Origin: Verrucomicrobiota bacterium
Lineage (GTDB): Bacteria; Verrucomicrobiota; Verrucomicrobiia; Limisphaerales; MWDV01
Length of the DNA stretch: 64,000 nt
Direction: 5' to 3'
NCBI GenBank assembly: GCA_035411585.1
Contig: DAONTI010000010.1
Coordinates: 47,370 to 111,369, forward strand
The notes beneath the pieces were generated by a model that did no database searches, had not been told where the DNA came from, and was given only the letters and a program-made list of their open reading frames with translations. Position numbers and translations under genes: made by a program. This document shows, in pieces, positions 32,406 to 41,888 of the stretch; within the stretch, counting starts at the first letter, position 1; every line of letters begins with the position of its first letter.

Positions 32406-33905
32406 ATGAAAACAGGCGAACCGAAGAAACGAGCAGACGCCGTGGGGGCGTTGACGGATGGCGTGTATGACGTGTTGGTGGTGGGCGGCGGCATTGTGGG
32501 CGCCGGGGTGGTGCGCGACGCGGCGCTCCGCGGGCTGAAGGTGGCGTTGGTGGAGCAGCGGGATTTTGCGTTTGGCACGAGCAGCCGGTCGAGCCGGTTG
32601 TTGCACGGCGGCTTGCGGTATCTGGCGCAAGGCCGGGTGGGCTTGGTGCATGAGGCGAGCGTGGAGAAAAAGGTGGTCCACCGCATCGCGCCGCACCTGG
32701 CGGACCCGTTGCCGTTCATCTTCCCGACCTACCGGGGCAACCGGCATTGGGTGCTTTGGCAGTTGAAGATCGGCGTCAAAATTTACGACCTGCTGTGCGG
32801 CGGACGGAATCTGGGGAAATCAACGTGGTTGAGCCGGGCGGAGGTGCTGAAGACGGTGCCGGAGTTGTCGCCGGTGAACTTGAACGGGGCGGTGCGGTAT
32901 TACGATGGCCTGACCAATGACGCGCGCCTGACCCTGGATACGCTGCGGTCGGCGGCGAAGGGCGGAGCGGTGGTGGTCAACTACTGCCGGTTTGTGGATG
33001 CGACCCGGGGGGAACACTGGACCTGCACGGTAACCGACCAATTGACGGGGCGGAACCTGACCGTGAAGACGCGGGCGGTGGTGAATGCCACCGGGCCGTG
33101 GGCGGACGGGTTGCCGCACAGCCGGGTCAAACTGCGGGCGACCAAGGGAATCCACCTGGTGGTGGACCGGGCCCGCGTGCCGGTGCCGGACACGGTGGTG
33201 ATGACGGAGGAGAAACGAATCCTGTTTGCGATTCCGTGGGGTGAACGGACGATTTTGGGCACCACCGACACGGATTACCACGGCTCACTGGACCGGGTCC
33301 TGGCGGACGCGGAGGACATCCGTTATGTGCTGGGGGTGACGAACCAGTTTTTCCCGGGCGCGAAATTGCAGGCCGGGGACGTGATCAGCGCATGGGCCGG
33401 GTTGCGGCCGTTGATCGCGGATCCGAAGGGCAAACCCTCGGACATCTCGCGCTCGCACGAGATCAAAAATCCCGAACCGGGCTGGTGGGATGTGGCCGGC
33501 GGCAAGCTGACCACGTACCGGCTGATGGCGGAGCAGACGGTGGATCGGATCGTGCGTGAGCAAAAGCTGACTGCGCGGAAATGTGTGACGGCGACGGAAG
33601 CCTTGTTGCCGGAGGCGGAGGTGCGCGAGGTGAGCGGGATTTTGCCGCCGCCCATGGACCCGGCGGCCGTGAAGCATTATTGCGCGCAGGAATGGGCGGT
33701 GCATTTGGACGATGTCTTGTTGCGCCGGACCAGTTGGCACTATTACCAGACCGACATGGAAACCCAGGCCCCCCGGGTGGCGGAATGGATGGGCGAGGAA
33801 CTGGGATGGACGGCGGAACAGCGGGCGGCGGAACTGGCGGATTACCGCGTTGCCGTCGGTTTGGTGGAACCGCCCGCGAAGGCACCGGCTGGAGGCGCAG
33901 CTTGA
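32406..33905 (+). CDS. glpD: FAD-dependent sn-glycerol-3-phosphate dehydrogenase
   Basis: YDVLVVGGGIVGAGVVRDAALRGLKVALVEQRDFAFGTSSRSSRLLHGGLRYL is the GlpD N-terminal FAD fold and signature. At 499 aa the length fits. Confidence 0.9.
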   Translation: MKTGEPKKRADAVGALTDGVYDVLVVGGGIVGAGVVRDAALRGLKVALVEQRDFAFGTSSRSSRLLHGGLRYLAQGRVGLVHEASVEKKVVHRIAPHLADPLPFIFPTYRGNRHWVLWQLKIGVKIYDLLCGGRNLGKSTWLSRAEVLKTVPELSPVNLNGAVRYYDGLTNDARLTLDTLRSAAKGGAVVVNYCRFVDATRGEHWTCTVTDQLTGRNLTVKTRAVVNATGPWADGLPHSRVKLRATKGIHLVVDRARVPVPDTVVMTEEKRILFAIPWGERTILGTTDTDYHGSLDRVLADAEDIRYVLGVTNQFFPGAKLQAGDVISAWAGLRPLIADPKGKPSDISRSHEIKNPEPGWWDVAGGKLTTYRLMAEQTVDRIVREQKLTARKCVTATEALLPEAEVREVSGILPPPMDPAAVKHYCAQEWAVHLDDVLLRRTSWHYYQTDMETQAPRVAEWMGEELGWTAEQRAAELADYRVAVGLVEPPAKAPAGGAA

Positions 33906-33944
33906 TCCGGTTGTGAACGCGCGTTTACCCCCCGAAGACTGCCT

Positions 33945-35054
33945 GTGAGTCAGACCCGAGCTTCCACGGTTTCCTTCCTGGACAACTCCGCCCCTGCGGC
34001 GGAGCGGTCGGCGCGGTCCGAACCCGGGGCGATGATCGCCCGCCCGCCCCAGCGACCTTGGACGGACATCCCGGTGCGTTACTCGGATGAACAACTGCGT
34101 CTGGCGGCGCGCTTGTATTATCTGGATGGCCTGGGGCAAACCGAGGTGGCGAAATTCGTCAAAGTGTCCCAAGCGAAAGTGTCGCGGTTGCTGGCGTTGG
34201 CGCGGGAGCGCGGCATTGTGCGCATCTCGGTGGCGGAATATGAACCGCGCAACCTGGAGCTGGAACAGCAGATCTGCCAGAGATTCGGCCTGGCCGCCGC
34301 CGCTGTTTTCAAGACCGTGCCCGAAGCCACGCCGGAGGAAGCCCGACGGGCCGTCGGCCATTTTGGCGCGGCCTTTGCCGCCTCGTTGATCGCGCCCAAC
34401 AGCGTCGTGGCCATTGCCGGCGGCCGCACGATTCGGGAGTTGGTCTTGGGATTGCCCGAGGACAAGGCGCGACAGGTCACGGTGGTGCAGGCCATGGGGA
34501 GCATTGATTCCACCGTCAGCGCGGTGGACGCGCTGGAATTGGGCCGCACCCTCGCCTGGCGGATGGGCGGTTATTTTCTGACGTTGAACACGCCGGCATT
34601 CGTGCCGGACAAACGCACGCGCGACGCGTTTCTGGCGCTCCAGCAAATCCGTTCCGTCTGGCAACGTTTGGACGCGACGGATGTGGCCTTGGTGGGGATC
34701 GGCTCCTTGGACAACTCAGTGTTCGTGGATCGCGGGGTGCTGAGCGCCAACGATCTGGGCACCCTCAAGCGTTTGGGCGCGGTGGGCGAGATTTGCGGAC
34801 ACTTTTTTGACGCGGAAGGGTGCGAGTGTGATTCGCCGTGGCGCGACCGGGTGTTGAGCGTGGATTTGAATCAAGTGCGGCGCATTCCCCATGTGGTGGG
34901 CGTGGTGGTGGGCGCGGATCGCGCCGCGGCCATCGCCGCCGCCATCCGGGGTGGGTTGGTCAAGTCCTTGATCCTGGACGATGCCGGCGCCCGCTCGCTG
35001 CTCGCGCTTCCCAACGCGGTGTCCGGGGGAAAGCCGAATGGAATCTCGAAATGA
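33945..35054 (+). CDS. SorC/DeoR-type sugar-binding transcriptional regulator
   Basis: HTH segment LRLAARLYYLDGLGQTEVAKFVKVSQAKVSRLLALARERGIVRISV, followed by a sugar-phosphate-binding domain (AIAGGRTI..., VVGVVVGADRAAAIAAAIRGGLVKSLILD). The ORF starts at a GTG; ATG 34032 is an alternative. Confidence 0.85.
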   Translation: MSQTRASTVSFLDNSAPAAERSARSEPGAMIARPPQRPWTDIPVRYSDEQLRLAARLYYLDGLGQTEVAKFVKVSQAKVSRLLALARERGIVRISVAEYEPRNLELEQQICQRFGLAAAAVFKTVPEATPEEARRAVGHFGAAFAASLIAPNSVVAIAGGRTIRELVLGLPEDKARQVTVVQAMGSIDSTVSAVDALELGRTLAWRMGGYFLTLNTPAFVPDKRTRDAFLALQQIRSVWQRLDATDVALVGIGSLDNSVFVDRGVLSANDLGTLKRLGAVGEICGHFFDAEGCECDSPWRDRVLSVDLNQVRRIPHVVGVVVGADRAAAIAAAIRGGLVKSLILDDAGARSLLALPNAVSGGKPNGISK

Positions 35055-36061
35055 AAGGCCTTGCTGCAACACCGCGTAGTCGGACGCGCCCCCAGCGCTT
35101 GGTCCGGCTGGGATGGAGTGCCGGCATGGCCGGCGCGGCCCTGTTGCTCTACGCCTGCGCGGCGCCGACCCGGTCCGCACGCCAGACATCCGGGGAATGG
35201 ACGGTGCGCGGGCATCTGCCACGCCAGCAGTTTGTGGTGCAAAGCCATCGCGGCGCCGGTTTTTTGGCACCGGAGAACACGCTTGAGGCTTTTGAATTGG
35301 GATGGAAACTGGGCGCGTGGCCGGAAGCCGACGTGCGCACGACCAAGGACGGGGTGATCGTCGCTTTCCACGATGGCAATTTCAAACGGACGGTGAAAAA
35401 TCCCCCGCCGGAATTGGCCCGGAAAGGCGTGAAGGATGTCACCTTTGCCGAATTGTCCACACTCGACGTGGGCGGTTGGAAAGGCGACGCCTTTGTGGGC
35501 CGCCGGGTTTCCCGGCTCGCGGAGATATTCCAGCTCATGACCGGCCGGCCGGAGCGCATGTTGTATCTCGACATCAAACAGGTGAACCTGGCGCAATTGG
35601 CCGCCGAGGTGCGGGCCGAACGGGTGGTCAGCCAGGTGGTATTCACCAGTCCGAATTACCCGTTGATCCGCGAGTGGAAACGGCTGGTGCCGGAATCCAA
35701 GACCTTGTGCTGGTTGCGGGGACCGGAAACCAACATGACCCATCGCCTCGCGGAAATGCGGGCGTTGAACTACGCGGATTTAACCCAGGTGCAATTGCAT
35801 CTCCGGGCCAACACCAACCGCGCGTCGAGCGAACCGTTTGACATCTCCCGCGCCTTTGTGCGCGCGACCGGCGAGGAACTTCGCCGCTACGGAGTGACCT
35901 TCCAAGTGCTGCCGTGGGACCTGGCGGCGCCGGAAATTTACTGGCAATTGATGGACCTTGGCGTGATGGCTTTCGCCACGGATTATCCCGATATTGCCCT
36001 GCAAGCCGTGCGCGACTACTACGCCGGCCGCAACCGCAGCCCTGTTGATACCCGACCATGA
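35051..36061 (+). CDS. glycerophosphodiester phosphodiesterase (GDPD family), probable lipoprotein
   Basis: ATG 35051 overlaps the regulator stop (ATGA). Possible lipobox in AALLLYAC. The GDPD signature is VQSHRGAGFLAPENTLEAFELGWKLGAWPEADVRTTKDGVIVAFHD. Confidence 0.85.
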   Translation: MKGLAATPRSRTRPQRLVRLGWSAGMAGAALLLYACAAPTRSARQTSGEWTVRGHLPRQQFVVQSHRGAGFLAPENTLEAFELGWKLGAWPEADVRTTKDGVIVAFHDGNFKRTVKNPPPELARKGVKDVTFAELSTLDVGGWKGDAFVGRRVSRLAEIFQLMTGRPERMLYLDIKQVNLAQLAAEVRAERVVSQVVFTSPNYPLIREWKRLVPESKTLCWLRGPETNMTHRLAEMRALNYADLTQVQLHLRANTNRASSEPFDISRAFVRATGEELRRYGVTFQVLPWDLAAPEIYWQLMDLGVMAFATDYPDIALQAVRDYYAGRNRSPVDTRP

Positions 36062-37422
36062 TACCGCCCCCCCGCTCCCTCACTCTCGCGGAAGCCCTGC
36101 AATCCGCCCGTGAAACCCGCGCCCTGGAAATTGGGTCGGGAATCCTCGAGCAAACCCTGCGTCTGTATCGCGACCACTTCGGCGACCGCCCGGCGATGTT
36201 GGTGGCGGACGGCAACACCTACGCCGCCGCCGGACAACGGGTGGTCGAAGCCTTCCGCAAGGCGGGCCACCCGTTGCAGGATGCCTTCATCTTCCGGGCG
36301 CCCGATTTGTACGCGGAACATCGGTTCGTGACCGAACTGGAAGCCGCCTTGCAACCGCACCAGGCCATTCCCATCGCCGTGGGGAGCGGCACGATCAACG
36401 ACCTGACCAAGCTGGCGTCGCACCGCACCGGCCGTCCGTATCTGTGTGTGGCGAGCGCCGCTTCGATGGACGGATACACCGCGTTCGGCGCTTCGATCAC
36501 GTATCAAGGCGCGAAGCAAACCTTCCTGTGCCCGGCGCCGACTGCGGTGTTGGCGGACTTGGAGGTCATCTGCGCCGCACCGGGATTGATGAACGCGTGG
36601 GGTTACACTGATTTGCTCGCCAAAGTCACGGCGGGCGCTGATTGGATCGTGGCGGACGCGCTGGGCATTGAGCCGATTGACCCGCCGGCCTGGGCGATTG
36701 TGCAAGGCCGGTTGCGAGAAATGGTGGCGGATCCCGCCGGGGTGGCGGCGCGCAATCCCGAGGCGGTGGGACGGTTGGTGGAAGGGTTGATGCTCGGCGG
36801 TTTTGGCATGCAATCCTCCCGCTCCAGCCGGCCGGCTTCCGGCGCGGAACATCAGTTCAGTCATTTGTGGGACATGCAGCATCACACCCACAACGGAAAG
36901 ACCCCTTCCCACGGCTTCAAAGTCGGCATCGGCACGCTGGCGGTGGCGGCGCTGTATGAGTATCTGTTGGCGCAACCGTTGGACCAACTGGACGCGGCCG
37001 CGTGCGGCCGGCAATGGCCCGATGCGGAAACGTGGTGCCAACGCGCGCGGGAATGGCTGGGCGAGGGGGAACTGGCCGCCGGCGCGGCGAAGGAATTGCG
37101 CGCCAAGCACAGTCCGCCGGAGGCGCTCCAGGCGCAGATGGAACAGTTGCGTTCGCTCTGGCCGGAGTTGCGCGAGCAGTTGCGCGCCCAATTGATGCCG
37201 TTGGCGACGCTGCGGGAGATGTTGCGCACCGTGGGCGCGCCCACCGCGCCGGAGGAGATCGGCATCACCCGGGAACGATTGCGGCGAAGCTACTGGCAGG
37301 CGTATTGCATCCGGCGCCGGTTCACGGCGCTGGATCTGGCGGTCCGCACCGGATTGCTGGAGGCTGCGTTGGACCACATTTTTGGTCCCGCCGGCGTCTG
37401 GCCGATTGACGCGCGCGGTTAA
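36058..37422 (+). CDS. iron-containing alcohol dehydrogenase superfamily protein, sn-glycerol-1-phosphate dehydrogenase-like (AraM/EgsA clade)
   Basis: ATG 36058 overlaps the GDPD stop (ATGA). VGSGTINDLTK (nucleotide-binding glycine motif), SMDGY and SGAEHQFSHLWDM resemble the G1PDH/Fe-ADH_2 metal-site motifs as I remember them. At 454 aa it is longer than classical EgsA. Confidence 0.6.
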   Translation: MIPPPRSLTLAEALQSARETRALEIGSGILEQTLRLYRDHFGDRPAMLVADGNTYAAAGQRVVEAFRKAGHPLQDAFIFRAPDLYAEHRFVTELEAALQPHQAIPIAVGSGTINDLTKLASHRTGRPYLCVASAASMDGYTAFGASITYQGAKQTFLCPAPTAVLADLEVICAAPGLMNAWGYTDLLAKVTAGADWIVADALGIEPIDPPAWAIVQGRLREMVADPAGVAARNPEAVGRLVEGLMLGGFGMQSSRSSRPASGAEHQFSHLWDMQHHTHNGKTPSHGFKVGIGTLAVAALYEYLLAQPLDQLDAAACGRQWPDAETWCQRAREWLGEGELAAGAAKELRAKHSPPEALQAQMEQLRSLWPELREQLRAQLMPLATLREMLRTVGAPTAPEEIGITRERLRRSYWQAYCIRRRFTALDLAVRTGLLEAALDHIFGPAGVWPIDARG

Positions 37423-37451
37423 TCTCCAGCCCATGTTGCAACCCCTTAAAT

Positions 37452-38819
37452 TTGCCGAGGTGTTTTTTGTTTAAGTCATTTCTCCAATTCTTCCTGACGG
37501 GGCCGGATGCGACCCCATTGACCGACACGGCGGAGATCCAGCGGCGCTACCGGCGCGGCCGGATTTCGGTGTTTTTATCCATCACCCTCGGCTACGCCAT
37601 GTATTATGTCGTCCGCCAGGGCTTCGCGGTGGTCAAAAAACCGCTGCTCGAGGCGGGGATCTTCGACGCCTTGCAGATCGGCAAGATCGGTTCGGTGTTT
37701 TTCCTCACCTACATGATCGGGAAGTGCGTCAACGGCTTTCTCGCCGACCGGTTGAACATCAAACGGTTTCTGGCGTTGGGGTTGCTGGCCTCCTCGACGT
37801 TGCTGGTGGTCTTGGGGTTCTGTTCCAGCTTCTATCTGTTTGCCGTGTTATGGGGGCTGTGCGGCTGGTTTCAAACCTTTGGCGCGGCACCGTGCATCGT
37901 GTCCCTGAACCAATGGTTCTCGAACAAGGAACGGGGCACTTTGTACGGCATCTGGTTTTCCGCGCACAACATCGGCACCGGCCTGACCTACATCATCACG
38001 GCCTATATCGTCGGCGCCTTTGGCTGGCAGATGGGGTTCTTCGCGCCGGGATTGCTGGGGATTACCGCGGCGGTGTTTCTGTATTTGTTCATGTATGACC
38101 GGCCCCAGGTGTACGGGTTGCCGCCGATCGCGGTGTATTCCGGCGAACAAACGCACGCCGAACACCAGGCCAAGGAAAAATCCGTGCTCCGGGCGCAATG
38201 GGCGGTCATCATCCGGCCGGCCGTCTGGATTCTAGGGTTGTCTTCCGCCGCCTGTTACATCACCCGCTATGCGTTCGAATCCTGGGGGGTTGTGTTCCTG
38301 ACCGAGGCCAAGGGATACACCTTGACCAAGGCCAGCGCCATCATCTCCATCTCCCAGTTCGCCGGCATTGCCGGGGCCATCACCTGCGGCTGGATCTCGG
38401 ATAAATTTTTTCAGCACCGCCGCAACGTGCCCTGTCTGTTATTCGGCATTTTCTTCCTGCTGTCCACGGCGACATTCGTCTATGTGCCGGCCGGTTATCC
38501 GTGGAGCGATTATGTGAGCATGGTGTTCTTTGGCTACACCGTGTACGCGTTGGTGACTTATCTGGGCGGGTTGATGGCGGTGGACATCTGTTCCAAGAAA
38601 GCCACCGGCGCCGCCATGGGGGTCATTGGTTTGTTTAGCTACGCCGGCGCGTCGCTGCAGGAAGGCGTGGGCGGTTATTTATTAAACAGCCACAAAATCA
38701 TCGGTCCGGATGGCCAAATTCTTTACGATTTCACCGCCGCCGGTCATTTTTGGGTGATCGCCTCGGCCTTTGCTCTGTTGCTTCCCTTGTTGGTCTGGAA
38801 CGCCAAACCTGAAGATTAA
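37452..38819 (+). CDS. MFS organophosphate:Pi antiporter (GlpT/UhpC family), copy 1
   Basis: EIQRRYRRGRISVFLSITLGYAMYYVVRQGF..., LADRLNIKRF, GWFQTFGAAPC and WFSNKERGT align with GlpT/UhpC landmarks. The only in-frame start upstream of the conserved N-terminus is non-ATG (TTG 37452), so the start is uncertain. Confidence 0.8.
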   Translation: MPRCFLFKSFLQFFLTGPDATPLTDTAEIQRRYRRGRISVFLSITLGYAMYYVVRQGFAVVKKPLLEAGIFDALQIGKIGSVFFLTYMIGKCVNGFLADRLNIKRFLALGLLASSTLLVVLGFCSSFYLFAVLWGLCGWFQTFGAAPCIVSLNQWFSNKERGTLYGIWFSAHNIGTGLTYIITAYIVGAFGWQMGFFAPGLLGITAAVFLYLFMYDRPQVYGLPPIAVYSGEQTHAEHQAKEKSVLRAQWAVIIRPAVWILGLSSAACYITRYAFESWGVVFLTEAKGYTLTKASAIISISQFAGIAGAITCGWISDKFFQHRRNVPCLLFGIFFLLSTATFVYVPAGYPWSDYVSMVFFGYTVYALVTYLGGLMAVDICSKKATGAAMGVIGLFSYAGASLQEGVGGYLLNSHKIIGPDGQILYDFTAAGHFWVIASAFALLLPLLVWNAKPED

Positions 38820-38843
38820 ACCAATTCCCATCCCTCTCCGTAT

Positions 38844-40223
38844 TTGAATCACATGACGCATTCGCCCGGTTCCGCTCCCGCCCCCGCCCCCCGTTTTCCC
38901 TGGCCCTTTCGTGTCTTCGAACCGGCGCCGCCCGCCCCGGTGATGCTGACCGATCCGACCGAGATCAAGCAACACTACCGCCGCTGGCAACGCCGGGTGC
39001 TCATCGCTTCGATCATCGGCTATGCCATGTTCTATTTCGTGCGCAAGAACCTCAGTATTGCGATGCCGGTGATGGAGAAGAGCCTGGGCATTACCAAGAC
39101 CGATCTGGGGTTGTTTCTCACGCTGCACGGGTTGCTCTATGGGCTGTCCAAGTTCGGCAATGGTTTTCTGGGCGACCGCTGCAATGCGCGCACGTTCATG
39201 GCGTTTGGCCTGGCGCTCTCGGCCGTCGTGAACATCTTTTTCGGATTGAGTTCCGCCGTGTTGACCCTCGGGTTGTTGTGGATGTTCAACGGCTTGGTGC
39301 AGGGCATCGGGTTTCCGCCCTGCGCCCGGTTGATGACCCACTGGTTTTCCCCCAAGGAACTGGCCACCAATTTTTCCATCTGGAACACGTCGCATTCCAT
39401 CGGAGCGGCGTTGGTGGTGGTGCTGTGCGGGTATCTGGTGAGCACGTGGGGGGATTGGCGGCTTTGTTTCTTCGTGCCCGCCGGCCTGGCCATTCTCTGT
39501 TCCATTTACCTGCTCTTTGCGTTGCCGGATACCCCGCCCTCTGTGGGGCTGCCGGAAGTGGAGGGCACCGCGCAACCGGAAGCCGGGACGAAAGGGTTTT
39601 CCACCGCGCTCCTCAAACAGGCGTTCACCAACAAATACATTTGGTTTCTCTGCCTGGCGAATTTCTTTGTCTATACCGTGCGGTATGGCGTCTTTGACTG
39701 GGGCCCGACGATGCTCACGGAAATGAAGGGGGTCAAACTCACCCACGCCGGCTGGATGGTGTTCGCCTTCGAGGGCGCCGGGGTGGTGGGCATGTTGATC
39801 AGCGGCTGGTTGACCGACCGGATTTTCGGCGGACGCGGCGCGCGGGTGTGTTTGATTTCCATGTGTCTGGCCGGCATTTCCATGCTCCTGTTCTGGAAGC
39901 TGCCGGGACAATCCATCTGGCTGGGCACGCTCCTGTTGTGCGCGGCGGGATTTTTCATTTATGGCCCGCAGGCGTTGGTGGGGACGGTGGTCGCCAATCT
40001 GGCCACCAAACAAGTGGCGGCCACCGCCATTGGTTTCACCGGGGTCTTCGCCTACGCCAGCACGTTGATCTCCGGTTGGGGACTGGGCGCGCTGGTGCAA
40101 CATTACGGTTGGGAAGCCGGGTTGGCCGGACTGACCGGGATGGCGGCCATCGGGATGATCTTGTTTGCCTTTGCCTGGCCGGCGCAGGCGCACGGTTATG
40201 GCGAAAACCATTCCGCGAAATGA
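38844..40223 (+). CDS. glpT: MFS glycerol-3-phosphate:Pi antiporter (GlpT-like), copy 2
   Basis: IIGYAMFYFVRKNLSIAMP, LGDRCNARTF, GLVQGIGFPPCARLMTHWFSPKE, FVYTVRYGVFDWGPT and GFTGVFAY match E. coli GlpT landmarks closely from memory. An alternative start is at 38943 (MLTDPTEIK). Confidence 0.8.
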   Translation: MNHMTHSPGSAPAPAPRFPWPFRVFEPAPPAPVMLTDPTEIKQHYRRWQRRVLIASIIGYAMFYFVRKNLSIAMPVMEKSLGITKTDLGLFLTLHGLLYGLSKFGNGFLGDRCNARTFMAFGLALSAVVNIFFGLSSAVLTLGLLWMFNGLVQGIGFPPCARLMTHWFSPKELATNFSIWNTSHSIGAALVVVLCGYLVSTWGDWRLCFFVPAGLAILCSIYLLFALPDTPPSVGLPEVEGTAQPEAGTKGFSTALLKQAFTNKYIWFLCLANFFVYTVRYGVFDWGPTMLTEMKGVKLTHAGWMVFAFEGAGVVGMLISGWLTDRIFGGRGARVCLISMCLAGISMLLFWKLPGQSIWLGTLLLCAAGFFIYGPQALVGTVVANLATKQVAATAIGFTGVFAYASTLISGWGLGALVQHYGWEAGLAGLTGMAAIGMILFAFAWPAQAHGYGENHSAK

Positions 40224-40270
40224 CACACGACCGCGCATGCTGTTCCCAGCAAACCTGAGGATGACGAACC

Positions 40271-40726
40271 ATGCGAATTGCCATTGATTGTGACGAGGCG
40301 GGATTGCCGCTCAAACCGGTGCTCGCGGATCATTTGCGCGCCCAGGGCGTGGCGGTGACGGATTTGAATTATCAGCAGGATCATCCGGTGGATTATCCGG
40401 ATGTCGGATATCACTTGGCCCGGCGGGTGGCGGCGGGGGAATTTGACCGGGGCATCCTGATTTGCGGCACCGGTCTGGGCATGGCGATGATTGCCAACAA
40501 AGTGCCGGGCGTCTGGGCGGGCACCTGTCACGACACCTTTTCCGCCGAGCGACTCAAGAAAAGCAACGATGCCAACGTGCTGACGCTGGGGGCGCGTGTG
40601 ATTGGGCCAGAGCTGGCCAAAACCATCGTCACCGCCTGGGTGCAATCCGAATTTGCCGGCGGTGGGTCAACGGCCAAAGTCCAGCGTCTGCGTGAACTGG
40701 AACGGACCGAATGCGGGCGGGCGTGA
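40271..40726 (+). CDS. rpiB: RpiB/LacA/LacB family sugar-phosphate isomerase
   Basis: MRIAIDCDEAG..., GILICGTGLGMAMIANKVPGVWAG and DANVLTLGARVIG are the RpiB family signatures. 151 aa. Confidence 0.85.
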   Translation: MRIAIDCDEAGLPLKPVLADHLRAQGVAVTDLNYQQDHPVDYPDVGYHLARRVAAGEFDRGILICGTGLGMAMIANKVPGVWAGTCHDTFSAERLKKSNDANVLTLGARVIGPELAKTIVTAWVQSEFAGGGSTAKVQRLRELERTECGRA

Positions 40727-40772
40727 AGCGCGGTGCCAACGCGCCTGCCTTTCCGGCCCCGGCCTTTTACCG

Positions 40773-41759
40773 ATGACAGCATTTCGCGGCTCCATTTCCG
40801 ACGCGACGCCGAAACAGCATGTCTTGGCGTCGGCGTTGCCGGGGACGGAGAAGCGGGGTCGCCCCAAGTTGCCGCATTCGCGTGGGCAAAATTGGCTTGG
40901 CGGGGTAATCGGTGGGATCCTGGGGTTGATCATCTTGAGCCCGGCAATCGGCTGGGCGCATGGGGAATTATTGATCCGCATTGACGAAGTCACGCAACGT
41001 ATCGTCGCCGCCACAAACACCCCGGAACGATTGGCCCCGCTTTACGTGGAACGCGGCGATCTGTATCGCGAAGATGAGAATTGGGAGGAGGCGGAAGCCG
41101 ATTTCAACCGGGCGGCGGCGTTGGCGCCGCATTGGGCCGCTGTGGATTTTTTCCGGGGAAAACTGCGCGCCGCCACGGACCAACTGGAGGCCGCCCGGGC
41201 GTTGTTCGACAAAGTGTTGGCCCGCGACGCCAATGACGGCGCCGCGCGGGTGGAACGGGCGCGGGTGCTCGTCCGGCTGAAGGAACTCCCGTTGGCCGAG
41301 GCGGATTTTCAACGGGGCGCCACCCTGTTGGCGGAGCCGGAACCGGAAGTATTCGTGGAATGGGCGCAGGTGTTGATAACGGAGGGCCGCACCAACGATG
41401 CCTTGCGCGCGCTGGATATGGGCATCCAAAAGCTGGGCGTGTTGCCGCCGTTGCAAACCCTGGCGCTGGATTTGGAGGTGGGTCGCCGTAATTACCCCCA
41501 GGCGTTGAAACGCTTGGAAACGCTCCATGCGCGGGCCATGCGCAAGGAAGGTTGGCAGGCGCGGCGGGGCGATATTCTCCGGGCCATGGGGCGGGACGCG
41601 GAAGCGAAGACATCGTATGCCGCCGCTTTGGTTACGATCAAAGCGCTGCCGCCGCGCATCCAACAAGGCCCGGCCATGACTGATTTGCGCGCGCGCGTTC
41701 AAGCGGCGTTGGCGGAATTGGGCGAACCGCCCGCCCACAATGCCCCGGCTCCGCCGTGA
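40773..41759 (+). CDS. membrane-anchored tetratricopeptide (TPR) repeat protein
   Basis: One TM helix (WLGGVIGGILGLIILSPAIGWA) followed by TPR-like helices (LYVERGDLYREDENWEEAEADFNRAAALAP..., ARALFDKVLARDANDGAARVERARVLVRL...). The ORF-track start at 40602 overlaps rpiB, so ATG 40773 was chosen. Confidence 0.65.
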   Translation: MTAFRGSISDATPKQHVLASALPGTEKRGRPKLPHSRGQNWLGGVIGGILGLIILSPAIGWAHGELLIRIDEVTQRIVAATNTPERLAPLYVERGDLYREDENWEEAEADFNRAAALAPHWAAVDFFRGKLRAATDQLEAARALFDKVLARDANDGAARVERARVLVRLKELPLAEADFQRGATLLAEPEPEVFVEWAQVLITEGRTNDALRALDMGIQKLGVLPPLQTLALDLEVGRRNYPQALKRLETLHARAMRKEGWQARRGDILRAMGRDAEAKTSYAAALVTIKALPPRIQQGPAMTDLRARVQAALAELGEPPAHNAPAPP

Positions 41760-41888
41760 CACCGGGAGGATGATCGTGCTTCGTCGAGCCAAGTTGTCGT
41801 CAATGAGCGAACCGGTAAGGCTGGATATTTATTTGGTCCCCTCAATTGACGGAGGGCGCGCGATGCCTTAACCAGTTTATTTGCGGAT

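Noticed and set aside
29760-32747. 995-aa minus-strand ORF spanning the second giant gene and the start of glpD
   Set aside because: Same reasoning. It crosses an intergenic region and two well-supported plus-strand genes, and its sequence is low-complexity and Arg/Gly/Pro-rich.
36058-37422. G1P-dehydrogenase-like gene as evidence for archaeal-type ether-lipid synthesis
   Set aside because: No GGGP/HepGP synthase (PcrB-like), DGGGP synthase or CarS-like genes are nearby. The gene is translationally coupled to a GDPD and flanked by glpD and importers, so a catabolic role fits better.
36019-40238. Long minus-strand ORFs (36019..37434, 38682..40238) opposite the G1PDH-like and GlpT genes
   Set aside because: Arg/Gly/His/Pro-rich and without TM or enzyme motifs. 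The plus-strand products match well-known families over their whole length.
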